From: Myxococcota bacterium
Lineage (GTDB): Bacteria; Myxococcota_A; SURF-8
Direction of reading: 5' to 3'
Length of the DNA: 64,000 nt
NCBI GenBank assembly: GCA_965140415.1
Contig: OZ223209.1
Span: 1,280,001 to 1,344,000, forward strand
How positions within the stretch are numbered: the first letter of the stretch is position 1; each line of letters begins with the position of its first letter. This document shows, in pieces, positions 40,272-51,100 of the stretch. Both the position numbers and the translations under genes were made by a program. The notes beneath the pieces were generated by a model. The model worked only from the letters and a program-made list of their open reading frames with translations. It was not told the origin of the DNA and did not search any database.

Positions 40272-42779
40272 ATGATGGAACGCGTTTCTCCCATGTTTGT
40301 GACCCTGCGCGAAAAGCTACAGGGCCTGGCGGCCAGACCGCTGCTGCTGGTCGTTACCGGACTGATTGTCGGGCTTTGCCTGGCTCATGCCGAGATGGCC
40401 TGCTGGTGGCAGTTCGTTCCGGCGGGAATGCTGCTTGTTGTCCTTTGGCGCTCTCATAGTCGCTATCTATTCAGTATTACACTGCTATTTGTTGCCGCAA
40501 TGCTATTGGGTCTGCGGCTAATACCGCATAAGGCGGAGTCATCGATTCCACCGGATCACCTGTTGTACGAGTATGCCAACCGACCTATGCTGTTAACCGC
40601 CATCGTGCAAGAAGCTCCCGAACGGGGCGCGCGCGCCAGTCATCTGCTGCTAAAGGCGCAGAGCTGTCGTCTTCCGGAGAGTGGACGAGCAAAGCAAGCC
40701 TGTCAGGGGCTCGTGCTGCTTTACATTACGGATCGATCCATGCCGTGGCGAGCCGGGGATCGTGTACAGGCGCGCATCATGGCTCGACCCACCCGCGATG
40801 AAGGCATCCCGGGTGCTTTCGACTACGCCACCTATCTCAATCGGCGCGGTATCTATGCGACCGCGTATGTAAAGAGTAGTCGCAGCGTGCGCATCGTGAA
40901 CGGACCGGAGAATCCGGGATGGATCGTCCGTATCGAACGGATGCGCAGTGAGTTGGCTTATTGGTTGGAGCAGCAGGCTCCTCCGCAAACGGCGGAGGCG
41001 TTGAAGGCGCTGGTGTTAGGGATGCGCAAGGGGCTGGACGGGAGCGTGTCGCAGATTTTTCAGCAGGCCGGGACGGCGCATTTGCTGGCGATTTCAGGGA
41101 TGCACCTGGGAGTTTTGACGCTATGGATTTACCACCTGGTTGCGATTTTGTGGCGGCGTTCGGAAATGCTGCTGCATTACGTTCGTGCCGAGCAGGCGGC
41201 CAGCTTTGCCGCCCTGCCTGCCATGTGGCTATACGCCTGTATGGCCGGACTGCGGGTGGCGACCTTGCGTGCGGGACTGGTTATCAGTATCTATCTGTTG
41301 GGACGTTTGCTGTGGCGTCGCTCGGACGCCATTAACAGCTTGTGCATTGCGGCGCTGATTATACTGATCGCCACTCCTTACGCCCTGTTTGAAGTCGGGT
41401 TCCAGTTGAGCTTTCTTTCGGTGTTGGCCATCGTGCTGGCCGTGCGCCGCATTCAGGCCGCGTTACCGCTGGCGCTGCGCCGCATTCTTTTCGAGAAGCG
41501 CTGGCGGGGGCGCATAATCGACTACCTCCTGTTAGTGACCATCACCAGTCTGGTCTGTTTTCTGGCCACCGCACCGGTAATTGTTTCCTCTTTTCATCGC
41601 CTTTCGCTGGTAGGACCGCTGGTCAACGTACTGGTCGTGCCGGTTTTTGCGCTGGGGATTATTCCTTTATTGGGACTGGTGACCGGGTTCTGGCTATTGG
41701 GATTCGATCTGCTGGCCGGATGGCTGGTGTCAGTTCCAAGCAGGCTGTTTGACATCATGGTTGCATGGCAAGGGTGGCTGGTAAAGCCGAGCTTCAGCAG
41801 TTTGGCCCTGCCGGATCTGCCGGTGTGGATTTTGGGTTTGTATTGGTTGGGACTGTGGTTTCTATTGCAGTCCATCCCGCCGCTGCACGGGCAACGCGGA
41901 CAGCCGGAAAGTCGTTTATGGTCGGCTTGGAGTGGACGTAAAACCTTGGCCTGTGCAAGCCTGTTGTGTCTGTTGCTGGCGTTTCTGATGACAGTGTGGC
42001 GTTATTTCTATCCGCCGCCATGGCTGGAAGAATGGACCGCGCTGATTCCGCCCATGTCGCAAGGCAGCACCGTATTCGTTCATCAGGATGACGGCGGTGT
42101 GCAACTGGTGTCTCCTGGTAGGCTTTCGGAAAATCGCTCGGATCCGGTAAAACGGGTCATCGCTCCGGTGCTGTGGAATACAGGACAAAGTCGTGTAACG
42201 CGTTTGTGGCGCAGCACGTTTAATGATCAGGAGCAGGCGGCGCAGCAGGCGCTGGAGTCGCTGTTTTCTGTTGAAGAAGTAGAATTCCTTTGGCGGGCGG
42301 GGACATGCCGTCGGGATGGTCCCCTGCGGCGTTGTATGCTTAAGGAAGGTACACGGCAAAGCGTTGTCTGGCTGTTCGAGAAAGAGGGGGGACGTCGTTC
42401 TGCGCCACGGGCTCGGCTGTTAGATATGCCTGCCGGGAAGGGACGTTTGCTGATTGCAGTGCAGCCGCATCGGATGACAAAAACCGATTGGCAGCAATTG
42501 GCAGCCCGATTGCCGGATGCGCCACTGGCGGTCGTCTGCTTTGGACCGGGACGCGTGGAGACACTGGCCGCGATGGGGCAGGAGTTGAAGCCGGAGTCCG
42601 TGGTGTTGGCGATGAATCGGCGTCTGGCGCGTTATCTCTCGGATACAGACTGGCAACGCATGCGTGAGCAGCTACCCGGCATATTGCGCACGGATCGTCA
42701 CGGAACGGTGGTTCTGGATGCGGCTTTACAGGCAAACACATTGGCCAAGCCTTCCTCGTTCTCAAGAAATCCCGAATAA
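40272..42779 (+). CDS. comEC: ComEC/Rec2 DNA-uptake channel with degenerate beta-lactamase-like domain
   Basis: PGAFDY, GTAHLLAISGMHLG, ATLRA, GFQLSF motifs; C-terminal RTDRHG. Confidence 0.85.
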   Translation: MMERVSPMFVTLREKLQGLAARPLLLVVTGLIVGLCLAHAEMACWWQFVPAGMLLVVLWRSHSRYLFSITLLFVAAMLLGLRLIPHKAESSIPPDHLLYEYANRPMLLTAIVQEAPERGARASHLLLKAQSCRLPESGRAKQACQGLVLLYITDRSMPWRAGDRVQARIMARPTRDEGIPGAFDYATYLNRRGIYATAYVKSSRSVRIVNGPENPGWIVRIERMRSELAYWLEQQAPPQTAEALKALVLGMRKGLDGSVSQIFQQAGTAHLLAISGMHLGVLTLWIYHLVAILWRRSEMLLHYVRAEQAASFAALPAMWLYACMAGLRVATLRAGLVISIYLLGRLLWRRSDAINSLCIAALIILIATPYALFEVGFQLSFLSVLAIVLAVRRIQAALPLALRRILFEKRWRGRIIDYLLLVTITSLVCFLATAPVIVSSFHRLSLVGPLVNVLVVPVFALGIIPLLGLVTGFWLLGFDLLAGWLVSVPSRLFDIMVAWQGWLVKPSFSSLALPDLPVWILGLYWLGLWFLLQSIPPLHGQRGQPESRLWSAWSGRKTLACASLLCLLLAFLMTVWRYFYPPPWLEEWTALIPPMSQGSTVFVHQDDGGVQLVSPGRLSENRSDPVKRVIAPVLWNTGQSRVTRLWRSTFNDQEQAAQQALESLFSVEEVEFLWRAGTCRRDGPLRRCMLKEGTRQSVVWLFEKEGGRRSAPRARLLDMPAGKGRLLIAVQPHRMTKTDWQQLAARLPDAPLAVVCFGPGRVETLAAMGQELKPESVVLAMNRRLARYLSDTDWQRMREQLPGILRTDRHGTVVLDAALQANTLAKPSSFSRNPE

Positions 42780-42985
42780 TGACGGCTAGATAGAGGTGCC
42801 TGTTCGCAGGTGAACCAATCAAGCAGCCGGTTGTTGCCTTATTCCTCCGCTTCTGTATATTGTCTGCCTAGGATTGCAGCCATGAAAATTCTTGCCATTT
42901 GTTGTCCGATCTGTAACAGTAGCGAATGGTCGGGCGGAAACACGACCGGGATAACACGTAAATATTGGGGCAGAACGAGGGCATC

Positions 42986-44500
42986 ATGGTCGATACGCTT
43001 TTGGGGACGGGATTACCGTTATTACTGTTGCTGGTGGCTTTCATCTTTCCGCTGCTTGGATTGTGGGCGGAAGGTATGGATCGGCGCGGGCGCAGGTTTC
43101 TGATCGCCGTTCTTTTGCTGGATTTGCTGGCGGTCGTGGTGGTAATGCTCTGGTCGAATCTTCACAGCGGCTTGATGATCGGGCTTTTTGCCGTGTGTCT
43201 GTCCTTGGCCGTGGTGCATCTGAGCCGATCGAAAACTCAACCGGAACAGCAGAGCCAGAAAGCGTTGGATGACAAGATCGACTATGCCGAGGCGACCCGC
43301 AACATCGCGCTGTTTTCCGTATTCAATAACCTGCACGATCTGGTGCTCGTGACCAATCTCGACGGTATGGTGGTGTTCATGAACATGGTGGCGATCCGGC
43401 GCTTCGGTGACGGCGTCGGCTTTCCCTGTCATGCCGTGCTGGGCTGCGATACCGAGCAATGCAAAACCTGTTCGGTACGTATGGAAGGCGAAGAACTACG
43501 CCTGCCGCAGAATCGTGAGATGGTGGTCAAAAACCGGCAATACGATTTTTCGATCACGCCGATTCGCAACGATTCGGAAGGGCGCTGCATCCAGATTGCC
43601 CGGGACATCACGGAAAAGAAACAGCTTGAAACACAGATTCTCATGAACGAGAAAATGGCGTCATTGGGGCAACTGGTGGCGGGTGTGGCCCACGAAATCA
43701 ATAACCCTGTGACGGTATTGACCAACAACCTCGAAATCTGGGAGATGCTGCAAGGGAATCTGTCCGAGCAACTGAATTCCATGGAAAAACTGCTTGGAGA
43801 GATTCGCAGCGAAGGTAAAACCGGGTTGTCCTCTCGCATTGATGAGCTATTGCCTAGCGGCGAAGAGAATCCCATTCGTGAAATGCAGGCCCAGCTTCCC
43901 GATATGGCGCAGGACATGTTGGATGCAATCGGGCGGGTGCGCATGATCGTGCGCGACCTGAAAGAATTTTCGCATCATGGCGGCGAGCAACCCTACGAGG
44001 AAAACCTGAACAAGTTGATCAAGCAGACTCTGCGCATCAGCCACCACGAACTCAAGCGCAACATAACCGTGGTCGAAGAATTGGACGAAAAGCTACCTCC
44101 CTTTATTGGCTATCCGCAACAGATCAAGCAGGTGTTGTTAAATCTGATCGTCAATGCGGCGCATGCGATGCAGGAAAAAGAACAAGGAGAGCTGTTGATT
44201 CGCACCGGTGCGGATAACGGACAGGTGTTTATTACCGTAGCGGACAACGGTTCCGGTATGCCCGAAGACGTGCGGGAGCATATCTTCGAGCCGTTTTTTA
44301 CCACGAAGGAAGTGGGCACCGGAACCGGCCTGGGGTTGTCGGTGGTTTACGGTATCATCCAGCGTCATGGCGGAGAAATCAAGGTGGAGAGCGAACCGGG
44401 CAAAGGGACGCGCTTTTACATTGTGCTCCCGCGTATCATTCCATCCGAGCGGGAACGCTTGATTGAAGAAAGCAAGCAGTTGATTGCCGAGCAGCAGTGA
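42986..44500 (+). CDS. Membrane PAS sensor histidine kinase (NtrB-like)
   Basis: [21 protein letters not shown]-box; [26 protein letters not shown]. Confidence 0.93.
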   Translation: MVDTLLGTGLPLLLLLVAFIFPLLGLWAEGMDRRGRRFLIAVLLLDLLAVVVVMLWSNLHSGLMIGLFAVCLSLAVVHLSRSKTQPEQQSQKALDDKIDYAEATRNIALFSVFNNLHDLVLVTNLDGMVVFMNMVAIRRFGDGVGFPCHAVLGCDTEQCKTCSVRMEGEELRLPQNREMVVKNRQYDFSITPIRNDSEGRCIQIARDITEKKQLETQILMNEKMASLGQLVAGVAHEINNPVTVLTNNLEIWEMLQGNLSEQLNSMEKLLGEIRSEGKTGLSSRIDELLPSGEENPIREMQAQLPDMAQDMLDAIGRVRMIVRDLKEFSHHGGEQPYEENLNKLIKQTLRISHHELKRNITVVEELDEKLPPFIGYPQQIKQVLLNLIVNAAHAMQEKEQGELLIRTGADNGQVFITVADNGSGMPEDVREHIFEPFFTTKEVGTGTGLGLSVVYGIIQRHGGEIKVESEPGKGTRFYIVLPRIIPSERERLIEESKQLIAEQQ

Positions 44501-44630
44501 CAATACCCGTTGCTACAGGGTAGGGAATCTCCAAATCGTAGTGAATTCACAAAAAACGATAACAGGTGCGTTGCCGTCGCACCTGTGTACATGATAGTAT
44601 CGGAACAAATCCGAACCATGGGAGGCTGAT

Positions 44631-45866
44631 ATGTTTGATCATCTGTTAACCGACCGGGAACGCAACGTTCGTGATCGCGTTCGTACATTCCTAAAAGAAG
44701 ACGTTCCCCCGCAATTGATTCACGACATGGAAGCGGAGAAGATTCACTTTCCCAAGCAATACCTGGTGGCAGCGGCCAAACGCGGCCTGCTTGGCCTACG
44801 TTTCGATCCGAAATACGGTGGTGGCGGGCTGGACTGGCGTGCGGAAGTCTGTGCGCTGGAAGAACTTGGCACTTTGGGAGCGCCGCTCAGTTGCCTGTAT
44901 TCGCTGGTGAGCATCGTAGGCGAAGCCATCAACGTATTCGGTACCGAGCAGCAGAAAGAGAAATACCTGCTGCCGACATTGAAGGGTGAAAAATTTGTGG
45001 CCGAAGCGTTGACCGAGCCACGTGGCGGGTCGGACTTTTTCGGCGCAACGACTCGCGCTGTTGAAACCGAGGGTGGCTTTTTGTTGAACGGGCAGAAGCG
45101 TTTCATCGTCGGAGGGGAAGGCGCGGACTATTTCCTGGTTTACGCTCGCACGAACTTCGATGAGGACAAGAAACCGCATCAGCAGATTTCCGCATTATTG
45201 GTGGATCGCGACGATACCGTGCAGGTGGAGCACTTGTTCGGCTTGATGGGCGCCAAAGGTGGCGGAACGGCGCGCATCGCGTTTCACGATACCTTCGTAC
45301 CCAAGGAAAACGTGATTCTGGGTCTAAATCGCGGAGCGGAAGTGTTCAACCGCATGATGGTCCCGGAACGTATGACGACCTCTGCCGGTGCGGTGGGGCT
45401 TGGTCGGGCGGCTTTGGAAGTGGCAACGCGCTACAGCACCAAGCGGCGTGCCTTTGGCCAGACGATTCAGAAGTTCCAGGCGGTCAGTTTCCATATCGCC
45501 GAAGCGGTTGCCAAACTCGATGCTGCCCGCGCGCTGGTGTGGACTACGGCCATCTTGGCAGACAGCGGACAGGATCCGCGCCGTATGGTTTCCGAATCCA
45601 AGAAAATCTGCACCGAAGCCTCTTGGGAAGCCGTCAATCGTGCCATGCAGGTGATGGGCGGTATCGGTTATTGCGATGTTTACCCGGTGGAACGCCTGCT
45701 GCGTGATTCCCGCCTGATGATGATCTGGACCGGCACCAATGAAATCATGAACCTGTTGATCCAGCACGAATGGTACAAAGAGCACGGCAAGAATCCGGTA
45801 GCTGGCCGCGACGTTGAACCGGACGCTATCGGAGCCGAGCACGAAGAAGAAAAACACTTCGGCTAA
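44631..45866 (+). CDS. Acyl-CoA dehydrogenase
   Basis: ALTEPRGGSD, LNGQKRFI, RRAFGQTIQKFQAV, QVMGGIGY, IWTGTNEI. Confidence 0.93.
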   Translation: MFDHLLTDRERNVRDRVRTFLKEDVPPQLIHDMEAEKIHFPKQYLVAAAKRGLLGLRFDPKYGGGGLDWRAEVCALEELGTLGAPLSCLYSLVSIVGEAINVFGTEQQKEKYLLPTLKGEKFVAEALTEPRGGSDFFGATTRAVETEGGFLLNGQKRFIVGGEGADYFLVYARTNFDEDKKPHQQISALLVDRDDTVQVEHLFGLMGAKGGGTARIAFHDTFVPKENVILGLNRGAEVFNRMMVPERMTTSAGAVGLGRAALEVATRYSTKRRAFGQTIQKFQAVSFHIAEAVAKLDAARALVWTTAILADSGQDPRRMVSESKKICTEASWEAVNRAMQVMGGIGYCDVYPVERLLRDSRLMMIWTGTNEIMNLLIQHEWYKEHGKNPVAGRDVEPDAIGAEHEEEKHFG

Positions 45867-45891
45867 GCAAGTTTCATCGTTCAGCGATTTT

Positions 45892-45926
45892 AAGCGGAGT
45901 TCCAACTGTCTGGAACTCCGCTTTTT
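45892..45926. terminator. Bidirectional terminator
   Basis: AAGCGGAGTTCCA/TGGAACTCCGCTT stem between convergent genes. Confidence 0.75.
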
Positions 45927-45959
45927 CTGTGGTGGGTAGAAAAATGATGACTAAACTCA

Positions 45960-47597
45960 TTATCCCAAGCGTCTTTTTCTATCTCGCTGAAACAAACAGC
46001 TTAGCAGCATCGTAAGCAGCAAGACGGTTTCTGTTGACGTCGAGTTGTCGCCACTGTGCGAGCAGCCGCTACCGGAACCGGAGGGATTCGTTTCGCCATT
46101 ATTTCCAACCGGATACAACAGGTCGCCGTCTGTATCGGTTGGATATTCTGGGGTATTGGGATTCGACGTGGTGTTATCTCCATCTGCGGGATCTACTACG
46201 GAATTATCACCATCGATTTGGTCGCCGTCCGGTTGGGGTTTGTCGCCATCGGGGGATGATGTATCCCCGTCTGCGGGAAGTTCATCGCCATCCGTGATGC
46301 TGTCTCCATCCGTGACATCTACACACATACCACCTTTACAGACTTGCCCGTTGCCGCAATTCTGCAACCACACCCATTCACCGGAGGGATTGCAAATTTC
46401 CACCGAGTCGGTTCCATTGCAGCGAAACTCGTTGAACGTGCAGCCGCTATCTCCATCGATGACATCTCCATCTATGCTATCGCCATCGACCGGCGTGCCG
46501 CATTGGGAGGAAACTTCTCCTGGGCAGGTGTCCGTCCCTGTGCCACAGCCGTCCAGCCGCGTGTCCAAAGAGCCGCGCAGATCGGTGCCTTGCGGCCACC
46601 AGTTTTGGAGTTCGGTGCGATAGGAATCCACTTTGGCGATGTCGAAGTTCGTCGGAGGCGAACCCGGTTGATAGAAAATGGCGAATCCGGCTTTCAAGTG
46701 GCAGTTTTCCAATTCCGGCACACGCGGGCCGTTGGCGCGGATGATATCCTCGATGGGGAAATTGACGCGAGTTCCTTCATGCACCCATTCTCCGCCTGGC
46801 CGGTTGGGCATCGATGGGCAACCTTCCGTGGTTCCATCTACATCGACGTACCACATGTCGTCTACTTCATCTGCCGTGCGCAAGCCCATCAGGTATTGAT
46901 CGAGCTGGCTGTATTTACGGCTGGAACCGGTATCGGTGAATGTGCCGTCGCCGTTGTCGGTCAGGTTGCCACCGTACATCACCGAGCCGTGATTGTTGAA
47001 CCAGCAGGACCAATGACCGTTGGGACTGTCGCTTTCCCAGCCACGCAGGATGGGAATTGATCCGCGTCCGTCGTTGTGATCCACGGTGATCCAGGCCATC
47101 CATTGATGACCGATTTCATGAGCCAACAACTCAATTCCGGTGATTGGTGGCATGGTGTATAAGTCATTAGGATTATTAGGCAAGTCGGGTAGAGAACCCA
47201 TCTTTACGCATTGCCTCAGGCGACCGTCCGATCCGAATTGGCCGGGATTGAACAAACTGGTGCTCTCCAGTCCGATGCCTTCGGCGGCGATTTGCACGGG
47301 AAAACCCATTTTGACATCGAACAACGCACCCAGAATCTTCGGAGTGAAGAAAACCAGGATATCGTAATTGTCGGGATGAGCAGTGTAGAAGGCTTGCGCG
47401 GCGTGATTGACGCAGAGTCCCTGCGCGAAAAGCATGTTATCGCACATGCCGCTTTCAGGCAGAATGTTGCCGTGGATATCTTCGATAATGGCGATCTGAC
47501 CGACGTCGTAATTGCCTTGGGCGTTGGCGTTGGTAGAAACAACGCAGAGCATACCGGCAACGATAGCCAGAATAATCAGCAGGGTATGATTTCGCAT
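45960..47597 (-). CDS. Secreted zincin-like metallopeptidase with DGD linker and MYXO-CTERM-like tail
   Basis: Signal peptide; AHEIGHQW...GHW; LDQYLMG; tail GSGC...LLLTMLL...RDRKRR. Confidence 0.75.
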   Translation of the reverse strand: MRNHTLLIILAIVAGMLCVVSTNANAQGNYDVGQIAIIEDIHGNILPESGMCDNMLFAQGLCVNHAAQAFYTAHPDNYDILVFFTPKILGALFDVKMGFPVQIAAEGIGLESTSLFNPGQFGSDGRLRQCVKMGSLPDLPNNPNDLYTMPPITGIELLAHEIGHQWMAWITVDHNDGRGSIPILRGWESDSPNGHWSCWFNNHGSVMYGGNLTDNGDGTFTDTGSSRKYSQLDQYLMGLRTADEVDDMWYVDVDGTTEGCPSMPNRPGGEWVHEGTRVNFPIEDIIRANGPRVPELENCHLKAGFAIFYQPGSPPTNFDIAKVDSYRTELQNWWPQGTDLRGSLDTRLDGCGTGTDTCPGEVSSQCGTPVDGDSIDGDVIDGDSGCTFNEFRCNGTDSVEICNPSGEWVWLQNCGNGQVCKGGMCVDVTDGDSITDGDELPADGDTSSPDGDKPQPDGDQIDGDNSVVDPADGDNTTSNPNTPEYPTDTDGDLLYPVGNNGETNPSGSGSGCSHSGDNSTSTETVLLLTMLLSCLFQRDRKRRLG

Positions 47598-48162
47598 ATT
47601 GGTTACCTTCGAGAATGGATCGATTTTACGCACGTGTCAGTTCTGCATACAATTCATTTCACTCTAAAAGCGGTAAAATGTCAAGAGTTGCCGTTTTGCC
47701 GGGAAAACCGAGAAAGTAATTCAGAAAGTTAAACAAGCGCCGATTAATGCTTAAGAGTGGCTTGTTTGCCCATTTGCTTGGCTGAATACTTTTGTGGTAG
47801 TGCTTTGTAACCTGGTTAAATAAAAACTGGATACGGCAATATGGGAATACTTCTTTTCATGGTTTTCTCATACATAATATCCTTCTATTTTTACCTCCGA
47901 AGCGCCTGCTGGTTGTGCCTCAAAAATGCATAGTAATTACAGTGTGGTAAACTTTGATTAGCCCTAAAAGCAAAATGAATGAAGACACAAGAAAATTTCA
48001 TCAATGTGGAATTACTGTTATTTGGTAAATTTTCTCGTGACAATTTGCCTGTTTGCTGATATGCCTATAGTGTCTTTTGGGATTGGATAACGCAGTAATA
48101 AATAAACCGGCGCAAGCCGAAAAAGTACGCTACGCAGAATTGCATAAATCAAGGAGGGAGAC

Positions 48163-51100
48163 ATGCGGTTGGGAAAACGAATGGTATGGGTTTTCTTGGT
48201 GTTGGCGCTGGTTTGTTTGTCCGCGCCGTTATGGGCGGCAACGAAAACGACCACTATCACGGTCGATTATGCCATTGATTATCCGGATCCAGATTGCGTC
48301 TGTTCTCACGGGTATTCAGATCCTCCTGTTTGGGGTGGTAGTGCGGGTCTGGCTCAATACTTTAATGATCCTCTTCCGAGCTCTGCGAAAGTTCTCAGTT
48401 TCGAAGCGACAGCGTATGGAACGACTTGTGGCAGCAATGTAAATGTTACGATCGAGATTCAAGGGACCAGCATCGGTTCGCTCACAATGACAGGAGCCTG
48501 TGATTGTGCAGATTGCTATAATGAAATTGTAACTTCCTCCACCTATACGGATTTTCCTGGTTACAACCACGGCGGCCAGAACAGCTTCCAGTTTACAAGC
48601 TTCAGTGGTGAATTTTACCCTTCTTACGTAGAACTGGAAATTACGTACAACGACGAATGCGGAAACGGAACGCTTGAAGCCGGTGAAGAATGCGACGACA
48701 ACGGTAACGACGACGGCGACGGCTGTGCAGCCGACTGCACAGTGGAAAGCGGCTGGCTCTGCAACAACACGCCCATGCCGACGGTTTGCATCGATTACGA
48801 TGAATGTCTGGGTCAAAATGGCGGTCACAATTGCGATACCAACGCCACCTGCACCAATACGCCGGGTAGCTTTACCTGCGCCTGCGATGCGGGTTATTAC
48901 GGTGACGGTACCAGTTGCACCGCTTGTCCTGTTGGAACGTATAACGCGTTGACCGGCCAGACATCCGTTGCTGCCTGTTTGGATTGTGCCGCCGGTTACT
49001 ATGCCGATTCTACCGGGCAAACGGAATGCTCCGCCTGTCCGGAAGGCAGCTATGCTTCAGGCACCGGAAACGATTCTTGCACCCTTTGCGCAACCGGAAC
49101 CTATAATGGTTCAACAGGGCAGAGTTCCTGTACAGTTTGTCCAACTGGAGAATATGCGGATTCAACCGGAAGTACGGCCTGCACGAACTGTCCTGCAGGA
49201 ACCTATAACGCACTTACCGGGCAGACATCCATTACTGCTTGCTTGGATTGTGCGACGGGATATTTTGGTAGTTCTGCTGGACTGGCTTCCTGCACCGCTT
49301 GCCCGAGCGGCACCTATGCTGCAAGTACGGGAAGCACGGCCTGTGATGACTGCGCTGCGGGAACCTACAACAATATACCCGCGCAAGCATCTTGTGTCGT
49401 TTGTCCGATGGGATCTTACCAGGCCAATACCGGCCAGACGGCTTGCACCGACTGTCTGGCAGGCAGCTATGCCGATTCTACCGGAAGCACTTCCTGTGAT
49501 GACTGCCCTGTGGGGTCATATACCGACTCAGCAGGCCAGAGCGAATGTATTCCCTGTTCGGTTGGATATTTCGCTTCCAGCAGCGGCGGCACCTCCTGTA
49601 CGGCTTGTCCGACCGGCACCTATGCTGATAGTACGGGAAGCATGGCCTGTGATGATTGTCCCGCCGGAACCTACAACGATCAGACGGCGCAGAGTTCGTG
49701 CACGAATTGTCCCGCCGGATACTACAACCCAAGCACGGGTGAGGCCAGTTGTACCGAATGTCCGTTCGGTTTCAATTCGGATGAAGGCGCCACAACCTGT
49801 TACAACGTATGCGGCGACGGTAACGTCGTTACGGGCGAAGAGTGCGATGATGACGACACCGACGACGGAGACGGGTGCTCCTCCACCTGTACGGTGGAAG
49901 ATGGCTACGCTTGCGATGCGAATCAGCCCTCCAACTGCGCGGATATCAATGAGTGTACGGAAAACACGGACAACTGTGACGATAACGCCACCTGCACCAA
50001 CACGGTGGGAAGCTTCACCTGTGCATGTGATACCGGGTTCTACGGGGATGGCGTAACTTGCACGGCCTGTCCGGCGGGAACCTACAATGCTTTAACCGGT
50101 CAAACTACGTCGGATGCCTGTGTGGCTTGCGACGCCGGAACCTTTGCCAGCGGTACAGGAAATACTACTTGTATCGCCTGTGCAGCGGGTTCCTATACCG
50201 ACTCTACGGGTCAGGCTTCCTGCGTGGCTTGCGACGCCGGAACCTTCGCCAGCGGCACGGGAAATACGTCTTGTACTGACTGCGCGGCGGGTTCCTATAC
50301 TGACGCTACAGGTCAAGCTTCCTGCGTGGCTTGCGACGCCGGAACCTTTGCTAGCGGCACGGGAAATACGTCTTGTACTGACTGCGCGGCGGGTTCCTAT
50401 ACTGACGCTACAGGTCAGGCTTCCTGCGTGGCTTGTGACGCCGGAACTTATGCCAGCGGCACAGGAAATACCTCCTGCACCGACTGCGCCGCGGGTTCCT
50501 ATACCGACTCTACGGGTCAGGCTTCCTGCGTGGCTTGCGATGCCGGAACCTTCGCCAGTGGAACCGGGAATACTTCCTGCACCGACTGCCCGGTGGGTAG
50601 CTATGCCGAATTGACGGGTCAGACTTCCTGCTCCCTTTGTGCGGCTGGAACATACAATGATCAGACAGGCCAGGTCTCCTGCACCGAATGTGCTGAGGGT
50701 CGCTATACTGCCTTGCCTGGCCAAATTTATTGTCTTGCTTGTGACGCCGGTACCTTTGCCAGCGGCACAGGAAATACGTCTTGCACCGACTGCGCCGCGG
50801 GTTCCTATACTGACGCTACAGGTCAGGCTTCCTGCGTGGTTTGCGATGCCGGAACCTTCGCCAGCGGCACAGGAAATACCTCCTGCACCGACTGCGCCGC
50901 GGGTAGCTATACCGACGCTACAGGTCAGGCTTCCTGCGTGGCTTGCGACGCCGGAACCTTTGCCAGCGGCACAGGAAATACGTCTTGCACCGACTGCCCG
51001 GTGGGTAGCTATGCCGAATTGACGGGTCAGGCTTCCTGCGTGGTTTGCGATGCCGGAACCTTCGCCAGTGGAACCGGGAATACGTCTTGTACCGATTGCG

